NCBI GenBank assembly: GCA_963824995.1
Contig: CAWGRK010000002.1
Span: 248,001 to 312,000 of the forward strand
From: an uncultured Actinomycetes bacterium
Lineage (GTDB): Bacteria > Actinomycetota > Acidimicrobiia > Spongiisociales > DATADW01
Length of the DNA stretch: 64,000 bases
Direction of reading: 5' to 3'
Shown in pieces: positions 30,146-39,420 of the stretch (its first letter is position 1; each line of letters starts with the position of its first letter). The translations under genes were made by a program, and so were the position numbers. Under the pieces are notes generated by a model that worked only from the letters and a program-made list of their open reading frames with translations, was not told the DNA's origin and did not search any database.

Positions 30146-30544
30146 ATGAAGCTCACCCGATCGCTGGTCGACGCGATGGTCGAGCACGCCCGCTCCTGGT
30201 ACCCGGACGAGGCCTGTGGTCTTCTCGTCGGCGTGGACCGGGGCACGGTGGCGGCATTCCACCCATGCGCCAACATCGACGCCTCACCTTCGAGCTTCAC
30301 CATCGATCCAACCGACCACTTCCGGGTGATGAAGGACGCCGACGGTTCCGGCCTGGAGATCACGGGCGTCTTCCATTCCCACACCCATAGCGCCCCCTAT
30401 CCTTCCCCAACCGATCGCCGTCAGGCTGCCGACCCGGAATGGGTTCATCTCATACTCGGGTTGGCGAATTCCGCGGGACCCGAGTTGCGTGGCTGGTGGA
30501 TCGAGGCCGGGAAGGTCACGGAGGAGCCCCTCGTTGTGGAGTGA
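30146..30544 (+). CDS. mec: JAB/MPN (M67) CysO-cysteine peptidase
   Basis: PDEACGLL, FHSHTHSAPYPSPTD; upstream of cysO-cysM. Confidence 0.85.
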   Translation: MKLTRSLVDAMVEHARSWYPDEACGLLVGVDRGTVAAFHPCANIDASPSSFTIDPTDHFRVMKDADGSGLEITGVFHSHTHSAPYPSPTDRRQAADPEWVHLILGLANSAGPELRGWWIEAGKVTEEPLVVE

Positions 30545-30547
30545 ACG

Positions 30548-30823
30548 ATGAAGTCAACCGTTCGTGTACCAACGGTGCTGCGGTCACACACCGGTGGCGC
30601 CTCTGTCGTCGAGGCTGAGGGCGGCACTCTGGGAGCGCTGCTCTCCGATCTCGGCAACCGGCACCCGGGGATCACCGAGAGGATCCTTGACCCGGATGGC
30701 GGGTTGCACCGCTTCGTCAACGTCTTCGTGGGTGACGAGGACGTCCGTTATCTCGACGGCCTCGACACGCCGATCCCGGACGGGACCGAGGTCTCGATAC
30801 TCCCGGCGGTGGCTGGTGGTTGA
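30548..30823 (+). CDS. cysO: ubiquitin-like sulfur carrier (MoaD/ThiS family)
   Basis: FVNVFVGDEDVRYL; C-terminal PAVAGG. Confidence 0.85.
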   Translation: MKSTVRVPTVLRSHTGGASVVEAEGGTLGALLSDLGNRHPGITERILDPDGGLHRFVNVFVGDEDVRYLDGLDTPIPDGTEVSILPAVAGG

Positions 30824-30838
30824 TCCAATGGAGCCGGC

Positions 30839-31774
30839 ATGTCCGCGGGAAGTGTCGACAGCCGGCCGGTTGGTGGCACTCCGCTGATCAGGCTGAAGCA
30901 CGTCTCGCCGTCTCCGGCGGTCGAGATCTGGGCGAAACTCGAATGGCTCAACCCCACCGGATCGGTGAAAGACCGCGTCGCCGAGGCGATGGTGGAGCAG
31001 GCCAAGGCAGAGGGGCGACTCGGTCACGGGACCCGCGTGTTGGAGCCTTCTTCGGGCAACACGGGGATCGCGCTGGCAAGGATCGCCCGCAGGGACGGGT
31101 TCCATCTCACCGTCCTGGTTCCGGACAACGTCAGCACCGAGCGTCTCGACCTGCTCCGCGCCTGGGGAGCCGAAGTGGTTCTCACCCCGGGAGAGGAGGG
31201 CACCAACGGCTCGATCTCTCGGGCGGGAGACCTGGCCACCGAGACCGGCGATCTGATGCTGTTCCAATACGGCAACCCGGCCAACCCGAGAGCACACGAG
31301 TTGGGAACCGGTCCCGAGATCCTCACCGCCCTTACCCGTGTCGATGCCTTCGTTGCCGGGCTCGGGTCGGGTGGCACCCTGATGGGGGTCGGCACGGCAT
31401 TGCGGCAGGTGCACCCGGAGGTGAAGATCGTCGCCGCCGAGCCGCCGGTGGGGGAGTCGGTGACCGGACTGCGCTCGCTCGACGACGGTTACATCCCACC
31501 GGTGTTCGATCCCGCCGCCATCGACGCCAAGATCTTGGTGCGCACCGAGGACGCCGTGGCCATGACCAGGCGGCTCCTCGCAGAGGAGGGTCTTTTCGCC
31601 GGTGTCTCCTCGGGGGCAGCTGCCCACGCCGCGGTCCGCTGGGCACAGCGGCTCGACGAGGGTGTGGTGGTGACCCTCTTTCCCGACTCCGGAGCCAAAT
31701 ACCTCAGCTCGAGACTGTGGAATGGCACCCTCGAGGAAGCCGTGGGCCGTCTGGGGACCCAACTCTATTTCTGA
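30839..31774 (+). CDS. cysM: PLP-dependent cysteine synthase (CysO-dependent type)
   Basis: WAKLEWLNPTGSVKDR, SSGNTG, GLGSGGT; in a mec-cysO-cysM operon. Confidence 0.88.
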   Translation: MSAGSVDSRPVGGTPLIRLKHVSPSPAVEIWAKLEWLNPTGSVKDRVAEAMVEQAKAEGRLGHGTRVLEPSSGNTGIALARIARRDGFHLTVLVPDNVSTERLDLLRAWGAEVVLTPGEEGTNGSISRAGDLATETGDLMLFQYGNPANPRAHELGTGPEILTALTRVDAFVAGLGSGGTLMGVGTALRQVHPEVKIVAAEPPVGESVTGLRSLDDGYIPPVFDPAAIDAKILVRTEDAVAMTRRLLAEEGLFAGVSSGAAAHAAVRWAQRLDEGVVVTLFPDSGAKYLSSRLWNGTLEEAVGRLGTQLYF

Positions 31775-31830
31775 GGCAGGGAACCAACGGACCGGCGGGA
31801 TGCGGTCCCTGGTGCGTTACCGTGATCCTC

Positions 31831-32577
31831 GTGCAGTTGACAATTCTCGGCAGCAATGGGACCTACTCGACGCCTGGCAGACCGGCATCCGGCTACCTGG
31901 TCCGTCAGGACGGCACCCAGATCTGGATGGACGCCGGACCGGGCACCTTCGCAGCGCTGCAGGCGGTAACCGACTTCGTTTCGCTCGACGCAGTGGTCTT
32001 GTCGCACGTCCATGCCGACCACTGCACCGACCTGATCGGCTTTTATCACGCGGTTCGCTATGGCGCCCGACGCCGGGAAGGCGTCCCCATCTACTGCCCG
32101 TCGGGTCTTCCCGACCGGTTGCTCCACTTCATGGGTGCCGGCGATGGCGACTTGGCGAACACGTGTGAGTTCGTCGTGGTCGGGGACGGAGACACGATCG
32201 AGGTGGGCGGGATCAAGATCCGTTTCGCCACCACCCAGCATCCGGTGCCGACCCTCGCCTCACGTCTGGAAAGTGACGGAAGGGTCCTGGCGTACTCGGC
32301 GGACACCGGCCCCGACGGGGATTGGCCCGCACTCGCCGAAGGCGCCGACCTGATGCTGGTCGAGGCCACCTACCAAGGGTCCCCGGACGACAAGCCGTGG
32401 GCCCACCACCTCACCGCAACGGAGGCGGGGGAGATCGCCAGGCGGGTCGGAGCGCGCAAGGCGGTTCTGACCCACATCTGGCCGACGCTCGACCCGGCCA
32501 GGTCGGTGTCCGAGGCGTCTGTCACCTTCGGTCGTGACGTGGACCTGGCGGTCCCCGGCGTCGAACTGGCGGTCTGA
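31831..32577 (+). CDS. MBL-fold metallohydrolase (RNase Z-like)
   Basis: LSHVHADHCTD, YSADTG, LTHIWP; conserved position before rph. Confidence 0.85.
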   Translation: MQLTILGSNGTYSTPGRPASGYLVRQDGTQIWMDAGPGTFAALQAVTDFVSLDAVVLSHVHADHCTDLIGFYHAVRYGARRREGVPIYCPSGLPDRLLHFMGAGDGDLANTCEFVVVGDGDTIEVGGIKIRFATTQHPVPTLASRLESDGRVLAYSADTGPDGDWPALAEGADLMLVEATYQGSPDDKPWAHHLTATEAGEIARRVGARKAVLTHIWPTLDPARSVSEASVTFGRDVDLAVPGVELAV

Positions 32578-33282
32578 ATGACCCGGGCGAGAGCCCTCGA
32601 CGATCTTCGGTCGGTGAACATAACCCGGCGCTACACGGATATGACCGCCGGATCTGTGCTCATCGAGCTGGGCCGCACTTGGGTTCTGTGCACGGCCTCG
32701 GTGGATGCCGACATCCCCCGCTGGATGCGCGACAGCGGACGGGGATGGGTCACCGCCGAGTACGGGATGCTCCCCGGTTCGAGCGGAGAACGAATCCGGC
32801 GCGACTCCTACCAAGGGGGGCGGGCCCACGAGATCTCCCGCTTGATCGGGCGTTCGCTGCGCGCCGTGGTCCGTCTCGATGCGATCCCGGAGACGATGGT
32901 GCGGGTCGACTGCGATGTGCTCCAAGCCGACGGTGGCACGAGGACCGCTGCCATCACCGGTGCATGGGTGGCGCTCCACGACACCTTCACCGCCGCCGTC
33001 GAGCGGGGATCGATCACTGCGGTCCCGCTGATCGACCAGGTGGCGGCGGTCTCGGTCGGGATCGTTGATGGCCGCCCCATGCTCGACCTGGAGTACGAGG
33101 ACGATGTCGCTGCCGACGTGGACATGAACGTGGTGATGACCGGTCGAGGCCTGCTGGTCGAGGTCCAGGGGACGGCGGAGGGCCAGCCCTTTCTCCGCAA
33201 CGAGTTGGACGAGATGCTCGACCTCGCCCAAGGGGGGATCGAGACGCTCTGCGAGTTGCAGCGTCAAGCCATCGCCACGTGA
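32578..33282 (+). CDS. rph: ribonuclease PH
   Basis: GWVTAEYGMLP, RLIGRSLR, DVLQADGGTRTAAITG, EVQGTAE. Confidence 0.96.
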   Translation: MTRARALDDLRSVNITRRYTDMTAGSVLIELGRTWVLCTASVDADIPRWMRDSGRGWVTAEYGMLPGSSGERIRRDSYQGGRAHEISRLIGRSLRAVVRLDAIPETMVRVDCDVLQADGGTRTAAITGAWVALHDTFTAAVERGSITAVPLIDQVAAVSVGIVDGRPMLDLEYEDDVAADVDMNVVMTGRGLLVEVQGTAEGQPFLRNELDEMLDLAQGGIETLCELQRQAIAT

Positions 33283-33863
33283 TCGACCGGCTGGTGGTGG
33301 CCACGAAGAACCCGGACAAGCTCGCCGAGATAGAGGCGGTCCTGGTCGACTCGGGGCTGGTGGCGGAGTTGGCCCGCGGTCTGCACTGGCCCGAGATCGA
33401 GGAGACCGAGCCGACCCTCGAGGGAAACGCCAGGCTCAAGGCTCGCACCGTCAGCGAACTGACCGAACTCCCCGCGCTGGGCGACGACACCGGTCTGGAG
33501 GTGACGGCGCTCGATGGCGCACCTGGAGTGCGCACCGCCCGCTTCTCCGGTCCCGGTGCCACCTACGCCTCCAACCGCGCCGCGCTGCTCTCCGCCCTCG
33601 ACGGCGTGACGGACCGATCGGCCGTGTTCCGCACGGTGATGTGCGTCGCCTGGCCGGACGGTGGCGAACTGGTGGCTGCCGGCGAATTGGAGGGGGAGAT
33701 CGCCCTAGAGGAGCGTGGCTCGGAGGGGTTCGGATACGACTCCGTTTTCGAAGTGGACGGCCGAACCTTGGCGGAGTGGGGTCACCAGGCCAAGCTCGGC
33801 TTCAGCCACCGCACCCGGGCGATACAGGCTCTGGCCGAAGCTCTCGCCGGGTCTGAGGGCTGA
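33279..33863 (+). CDS. rdgB: non-canonical purine NTP pyrophosphatase
   Basis: ATKNPDKL, DDTGL, GAPGVRTAR, GFGYD, SHR. Confidence 0.93.
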   Translation: MIDRLVVATKNPDKLAEIEAVLVDSGLVAELARGLHWPEIEETEPTLEGNARLKARTVSELTELPALGDDTGLEVTALDGAPGVRTARFSGPGATYASNRAALLSALDGVTDRSAVFRTVMCVAWPDGGELVAAGELEGEIALEERGSEGFGYDSVFEVDGRTLAEWGHQAKLGFSHRTRAIQALAEALAGSEG

Positions 33864-33865
33864 CG

Positions 33866-34366
33866 ATGGGAAGACGGGTCCCCCTCACAGGCACGGAGAA
33901 GGAGAGCCTCGTAGCCAGCCTGGAGCGGCACCGCGATGTCGTTTTGTGGAAGCTCGAAGGTGTCGATGACGCCCAACTGCGACAGCCTATGACACCCTCA
34001 GGCACGAGCATGCTCGGTTTGGTCAAGCACTTGGCGTCGGTGGAGTACGGCTGGTTCTGCGAGACGTTCGACAGGCCGGCGGATCCGATGCACTTCGATC
34101 CGGACGACCCCGACGCCGACTGGCGCATCGAAACCGACGAGACGGTCGAGGCGATCGTCGATTATTACGGGCGCGCCCGCAGCGCCGCCGACGCCGCTAT
34201 TGCCGAAATGGAGGTCGATGACCTCGGTCGGGCATGGTTCGGGGACGCTGTGTCGATGCGGTGGGTACTGATCCATATGATCGAGGAGACTGCGCGCCAC
34301 GCCGGTCACCTGGACATCATGCGCGAGTTGATCGACGGAGCGACTGGAGACCACCCGCCAAGCTGA
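33866..34366 (+). CDS. DinB/DUF664 family protein
   Basis: LGLVKHLASVEYGWF, HMIEETARHAGHLDIMRELIDG. Confidence 0.88.
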   Translation: MGRRVPLTGTEKESLVASLERHRDVVLWKLEGVDDAQLRQPMTPSGTSMLGLVKHLASVEYGWFCETFDRPADPMHFDPDDPDADWRIETDETVEAIVDYYGRARSAADAAIAEMEVDDLGRAWFGDAVSMRWVLIHMIEETARHAGHLDIMRELIDGATGDHPPS

Positions 34367-34381
34367 ATCAACCGGCTGAAG

Positions 34382-34464
34382 TGCGGGCGGTGGGAGTCGA
34401 ACCCACATGGGCTCTCGCCCACCGGGTCCTAAGCCCGGCGCGTCTGCCGTTCCGCCACGCCCGC
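34382..34464 (-). tRNA. tRNA-Leu(TAG)
   Basis: cloverleaf with long variable arm; anticodon arm CCGGG-CTTAGGA-CCCGG. Confidence 0.93.
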
Positions 34465-34478
34465 AAGTAAGAGAGTTG

Positions 34479-34551
34479 TGAGCCGCCCGGGATTTGAACC
34501 CGGAACCTATTGATTAAGAGTCAATTGCTCTGCCAGTTGAGCTAGCGGCCC
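34479..34551 (-). tRNA. tRNA-Lys(CTT)
   Basis: GGGCCGCTAGCTCAA...; anticodon arm ATTGA-CTCTTAA-TCAAT. Confidence 0.93.
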
Positions 34552-34560
34552 GACGAGATT

Positions 34561-35280
34561 CTAGAGCGACGAGTCCAATGCCGCTGCTAGTCCGTCGATC
34601 CACCCCATCGTCTTGTGGAAGCCGTTCCCGCTCTTGGACACCCTCAACCGACAAATCCCATGTTGGAGATGGTTCTTGCGATGACCGGTACCGGCAGGCT
34701 TGACGTAGGTCTTGTCGAACCGGAGACCACAGAGGCCCAGCGTCGAGGTCCAGTGGCGTCGGGCGTCCTCGTCGTCGTTGCCCTCGTGCAGATGCAAGGC
34801 GCCGACGAACTCTGCTTGCTCATTGTGAAATCGGCGTACCCACGCCACGAAGGCCCGCAATACCACAGGATCTGTGTTCACCAAAGCGAGGCGACGTGTC
34901 GACTTGTCTCCCTCGGCCCAATAGAGAACGGTCCCGATCAGCCACAAGGGGTCGCCGAGCAACTCCGTCACCTCAAGACGTGCATTCCCGCGGATGTAGT
35001 CGACCTCTTGCCGTCTCTTCCGCTGCGTGTCAATCGGAATCCCGGTTCTCACTCCCGCCGGGCGGCGCTCTCTGATCGCTTCGATCTGCTCGGCCGATAA
35101 GCGGATCGGTGAGCACCAGTACGACAGGGTGCCCTTGCCCACAGGTATCACTTCCATGATCTCGCCGTAGGTCCAGCCGAGGCGGCGGAGCGACCGTCCC
35201 ACTTCGGAGCGCTCCCAGCGGGAGAGGCGGTCCCATCGGGCGATCGCCTCCAGCAACTCCTCGACGGGCTCCGGTCTCAC
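34561..35280 (-). CDS. HTH plus LAGLIDADG-like (LYWAEG) protein between tRNA-Pro and tRNA-Lys
   Basis: HTH-like LRRLGWTYGEIMEVIPVGKGTLSYW; helix LIGTVLYWAEGDK followed by LALVNTDPVVLRAF and GICRLRV. Confidence 0.7.
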   Translation of the reverse strand: MRPEPVEELLEAIARWDRLSRWERSEVGRSLRRLGWTYGEIMEVIPVGKGTLSYWCSPIRLSAEQIEAIRERRPAGVRTGIPIDTQRKRRQEVDYIRGNARLEVTELLGDPLWLIGTVLYWAEGDKSTRRLALVNTDPVVLRAFVAWVRRFHNEQAEFVGALHLHEGNDDEDARRHWTSTLGLCGLRFDKTYVKPAGTGHRKNHLQHGICRLRVSKSGNGFHKTMGWIDGLAAALDSSL

Positions 35281-35286
35281 TAGGGC

Positions 35287-35308
35287 AACGTAAAGCTCAG
35301 GTGTGACA
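35287..35308 (-). promoter_or_regulatory. RecA-NDp/PafBC-like promoter of the LAGLIDADG-like gene (leaderless)
   Basis: minus strand TGTCAC-ACCTGAGCTT-TACGTT-GCCCTA-GTG. Confidence 0.6.
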
Positions 35309-35329
35309 GGGAACTCAGGTCCAAGGTTT

Positions 35330-35406
35330 TGGTCGGGATGGCCGGATTCGAACCGGCGACCTCGGCGTCCCAAACGCCACGCGCTGCCAAACTGCGCCAC
35401 ATCCCG
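35330..35406 (-). tRNA. tRNA-Pro(TGG)
   Basis: CGGGATGTGGCGCAG...TTTGGGA anticodon loop...CCCGACCA. Confidence 0.93.
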
Positions 35407-35515
35407 AGTCGTAATCCAGCCTACCGGGGCATCGATCATGCCTTGATCGGTTTGGCTGTCAACCCATGGTTGACCGACCGCTGCATACCCCGCACTATCC
35501 TGGGTGGGCCGTCTT

Positions 35516-35587
<72 letters not shown>

Positions 35588-35617
35588 CGCGGGTCGGGGA
35601 ACGGAGCGCGAGGATCG

Positions 35618-35690
35618 GCCCCCGTAGCTCAGAGGACAGAGCAGGAGCCTTCTAAGCTCTTAGTCGGGGGTTCGAATCCTCCCGGGGGCG
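35618..35690 (+). tRNA. tRNA-Arg(TCT)
   Basis: GCCCCCGTAGCTCAG; anticodon arm GGAGC-CTTCTAA-GCTCT. Confidence 0.93.
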
Positions 35691-35726
35691 CCGACCCGAT
35701 TGGTCCCGCATCGGTGGGACAGCCAT

Positions 35727-35804
35727 GGTGACCGTAGCTCAGGTGGTTAGAGCGCCAGGTTGTGGCCCTGGAGGTCGGGGGTTCAAGTCCCCTCGGTCAC
35801 CCCA
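35727..35804 (+). tRNA. tRNA-His(GTG)
   Basis: G-1 encoded; anticodon arm CCAGG-TTGTGGC-CCTGG; ends CCCA. Confidence 0.93.
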
Positions 35805-35867
35805 GCCGCCTTCGTGGCGCGCCCGCGCCGCAATTGGTCGGCGCCCGACCATCCAAGGAGCCGATCT

Positions 35868-37400
35868 GTGAACACGACGCTGAGCGACGCCGGGCCGTTC
35901 GAGAAGATCCTCACCCTCCGGTTGGAGGAGAGCGAGCTGGCGGACGCCGAGGAGCAGGCTGCGCGCCGGCTTTCCAGGGAAATCCGCATCAAGGGGTTCC
36001 GGCCGGGCAAGGCGCCGCGCCGCATCGTCGAGGCCACGGTCGGACCGGATCGTCTGAGGAGCGAGGCGATAGACGACCTGCTCCCAACTGCGGTGGACGA
36101 GGCGCTCAAAGAGACGGACTTAGCGCCCGCGGTGACGCCGTCGGTGGAAGCGATGCGCACCATCGACGAAGGAGTCGAGGTGGACGTAAGAGTGACCGTC
36201 TGGCCCGAGACCGACCAGGTGCCCGACTACATGGATCGGCGCATCGAGATCGAGTCGCCGGTGGTGGACGACGAGCGGGTGGAAGAGCAGATCACCCAGG
36301 TGCGGAGGCAATTCGCAGAACTCGAGACCGTCACCCGCCAGGCCCAGGACGGAGACTTCGTTTCCGTGGACATCGCGGCGAGCGCGGGAAGCGTGGAGGT
36401 GCCCGAGGCCACAGCTAGCGACCTGCTCTATGAACTCGGCTCGGGCACGTTTGTCCAAGGCCTCGACGACATCCTCCCCGGCAAGGGCGCCGGTGAGATT
36501 CTCAATTTCGTCGGACCGCTGCCCACCGGGTTTGGCGAGCGCGCCGGCGAAGAAGTCGACTTCCGCGTGCTCATCAAGGAAGTGAGACGGGTCAAGCTCC
36601 CCGACCTTGAAGATGACTGGGTTGCCGAGGTCACAGAGTTCGACACTGTTGACGAGCTCAGGTCCAACCTGAGGACACGGCTCGAGGCGATGGGGCGGTC
36701 CACGGCCCGGATGGAGCTTCGCAACAAGCTGCTCGACGAGCTGGTCGGCGATTTCGATCTCGAGTTGCCGCAGGCGATCGTCAACGCCCAGATGGAGTCC
36801 CAGTTGCACCGCTTCGCCCACCGGTTGGAAGCGCAGGGGGTGACCCTCGCCGACTACATGCAGGTCACCGGGCTCGATCGAGAGGCCTTCACCGACGATC
36901 TGCGCAACCAGGCCGAGCGCTCGATCCGGATCGACATCCTGCTCGACGCCGTGGCCGCCGACGCCGAGTTGGCGGTATCGGAGGAGGAGTTGGAAGAGGC
37001 GAGCCAGGCGATGGCCACGGGTTCCGAGGACCCCGAAGCGGTGCGTGCTGCCCTAGCCGACAGTGCCCGGAGCAAGGCCCTCAGGAGTGATATCCTGCGA
37101 AGGAAGGCACTGGAGCGGCTCGAGGCCGGTGCTCTCCCCGTCGACCAGGCGGGCACGGTCCTCGACCTGTCCCCGATATCGCTACCCGATGAAGAACCTG
37201 AAGTCGGGTTCGCAACCGACGAAGCGGGGGACGAGGACGACGAGCCCAGCGATGGGGCCCCAGATGACGAGGCACCAGATATTGAGGCACCAGATATTGA
37301 GGCAACTGACCAGGCCAGTAACCAGGAAGGCAACGATGGGGCCGATCAGCCCGATGAGGAGACCAGCGCTCCTGCCGGCCCCCCAGAGGAGCAGCGATGA
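35868..37400 (+). CDS. tig: trigger factor with acidic C-terminal extension
   Basis: [10 protein letters not shown] signature; AAGGAG RBS before GTG; upstream of clpP-clpX. Confidence 0.93.
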   Translation: MNTTLSDAGPFEKILTLRLEESELADAEEQAARRLSREIRIKGFRPGKAPRRIVEATVGPDRLRSEAIDDLLPTAVDEALKETDLAPAVTPSVEAMRTIDEGVEVDVRVTVWPETDQVPDYMDRRIEIESPVVDDERVEEQITQVRRQFAELETVTRQAQDGDFVSVDIAASAGSVEVPEATASDLLYELGSGTFVQGLDDILPGKGAGEILNFVGPLPTGFGERAGEEVDFRVLIKEVRRVKLPDLEDDWVAEVTEFDTVDELRSNLRTRLEAMGRSTARMELRNKLLDELVGDFDLELPQAIVNAQMESQLHRFAHRLEAQGVTLADYMQVTGLDREAFTDDLRNQAERSIRIDILLDAVAADAELAVSEEELEEASQAMATGSEDPEAVRAALADSARSKALRSDILRRKALERLEAGALPVDQAGTVLDLSPISLPDEEPEVGFATDEAGDEDDEPSDGAPDDEAPDIEAPDIEATDQASNQEGNDGADQPDEETSAPAGPPEEQR

Positions 37401-38017
37401 AGCTTGAGAGCTATCTCGTCCCCACCGTCGTCGAGCAGACCTCGCGCGGTGAACGGGCATTCGACATCTACAGCAGGCTGCTCAAGGACAGGATCATCTT
37501 CCTTGGCACCCCGATCGACGATACGGTTGCCAACCTGATCATGGCGCAGCTGCTCCACCTCGAGTCCGAGGACCCCGACAAGGACGTCTTCATCTACATC
37601 AACTCGCCGGGTGGCTCGATCACCTCGCTCTTCGCCATTTACGACACGATGCAGTACATCAAGCCCGACGTGAACACTGTCTGCATGGGCATGGCGGCGT
37701 CGGCGGCCGCGGTCATCCTGGCCGGCGGTGCCGAGGGCAAGAGGTTCGGCCTCCCCCACGCCAGGGTCATGCTCCACCAGCCGTCGGGCGGCGCCCAGGG
37801 GCAGGCGACCGACATCGAGATCCAGGCCCGGCTGATCATGCACATGCGCGAGCAGATCAACCGGATCCTCGCCCAGCACACCGGGCAGACCTACGAGAAG
37901 GTGGCAATCGACACCGAGCGGGACTTCTGGATGACCTCGGACGAGGCCAAGGACTACGGTCTGGTGGACGCCATCCTCACCCGGCGAGAACTGGCCGCGG
38001 TGGCGGCCGGGGCGTAG
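37397..38017 (+). CDS. clpP: Clp protease proteolytic subunit
   Basis: [32 protein letters not shown]. Confidence 0.96.
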   Translation: MKLESYLVPTVVEQTSRGERAFDIYSRLLKDRIIFLGTPIDDTVANLIMAQLLHLESEDPDKDVFIYINSPGGSITSLFAIYDTMQYIKPDVNTVCMGMAASAAAVILAGGAEGKRFGLPHARVMLHQPSGGAQGQATDIEIQARLIMHMREQINRILAQHTGQTYEKVAIDTERDFWMTSDEAKDYGLVDAILTRRELAAVAAGA

Positions 38018-38026
38018 GGAGGACGG

Positions 38027-39293
38027 ATGGCGAAGTTCGGCGACGGCGGCGATCTCCTCAAGTGCAGCTTCTGCGGTAAGTCGCAGAAGCAGGTCAAGAA
38101 GCTCATCGCCGGGCCCGGCGTCTACATCTGCGACGAGTGCATCGATCTCTGCAACGAGATCATCGAAGAGGAATTCTCCGCCTCCGAGGAGGTCAGCTTC
38201 TCCGAGCTGCCCAAGCCCAGGGAGATCTACGACTTCCTCGAGAGCTACGTGGTCGGCCAGGAGCGGGCCAAGAAGGTCCTCTCCGTCGCCGTCTACAACC
38301 ATTACAAGAGGGTCCGTGCCGGTCAACACGGCCGTGACGACGTTGAACTGCAGAAGTCGAACATCCTCCTCATCGGTCCCACCGGCTGCGGCAAGACGCT
38401 GCTGGCGCAGACCCTCGCCCGTCAGCTCAACGTCCCGTTCGCCCTCGCCGACGCCACCGCCCTCACCGAGGCGGGTTACGTGGGCGAGGACGTCGAGAAC
38501 ATCCTGCTCAAGCTGATCCAGGCGGCGGACTACGACGTCAAGAAGGCGGAGCAGGGCATCGTCTACATCGACGAGATAGACAAGATCGCCCGCAAGGCCG
38601 AGAACCCGTCGATCACCCGGGACGTATCCGGGGAGGGTGTGCAGCAGGCGCTCCTCAAGATCCTCGAAGGGACGGTGGCGTCGGTCCCGCCGCAAGGTGG
38701 CCGCAAGCACCCCCACCAGGAATTCATCCAGATCGACACCACCAACGTCCTCTTCATCTGCGGCGGCGCATTCGCCGGGTTGGAAGAGGTGATCGGGTCG
38801 CGCATCGGGAAGAAGGCAGATCGGGTTCGGCGCCGACATCCGTTCCCGCAGGGAGCAGCGGTCCGGAGACGTGCTCTCCCAGGTGCTCCCCGAGGATCTG
38901 ATGAAATACGGGTTGATCCCCGAGTTCATCGGGCGTCTCCCCGTCATCGCCACCGTGGACGACTTGGACCGCGACGCCCTGTTGCGGATCCTGATCGAAC
39001 CGAAGAACGCCCTGATCCGCCAGTACGCCCGGATCTTCGAGCTCGACGGGGTCGAGTTGAGCTTTACCGCCGACGCCATGGAGGCGGTTGCCGACCAGGC
39101 GTTACTCCGGGGGACCGGGGCGAGGGGTCTGCGGGCCATCCTCGAGGAGGTCCTCCTCGGGACGATGTACGACCTGCCATCGCGCACCGACATCGCCGGG
39201 GTGGAGATCGACGGCGACGTGGTGCGTGAGAAGGTCAACCCGACCCTGGTGCCTCACCCCACGATCGAAGAACCCCGGGAACGCTCCGCCTGA
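38027..39293 (+). CDS. clpX: Clp protease ATPase ClpX; frameshift near 38816
   Basis: CSFCGK zinc finger, [14 protein letters not shown]; shifted frame gives [17 protein letters not shown]. Confidence 0.93.
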
Positions 39294-39340
39294 AGCGCGG
39301 GTAATCGAGCCCCCTACAAGATCCTCGGCCATTGGGCGTC

Positions 39341-39366
39341 CGTCTGCCGACTGCCGTCTGCCGTCA
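39341..39366. repeat. heptamer tandem repeat (CTGCCGT type)
   Basis: CGTCTGCCGACTGCCGTCTGCCGTCA between clpX and folC. Confidence 0.7.
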
Positions 39367-39420
39367 CTGACCGGTACCATCGCCCGCCCGCTAGGCAGTC
39401 TTCGGCGAGAGGAGCATCCC

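Noticed and set aside
30820..32577. 585-aa ORF overlapping cysM
   Set aside because: Only the part from 31831 is the MBL hydrolase; the rest is an off-frame read of cysM
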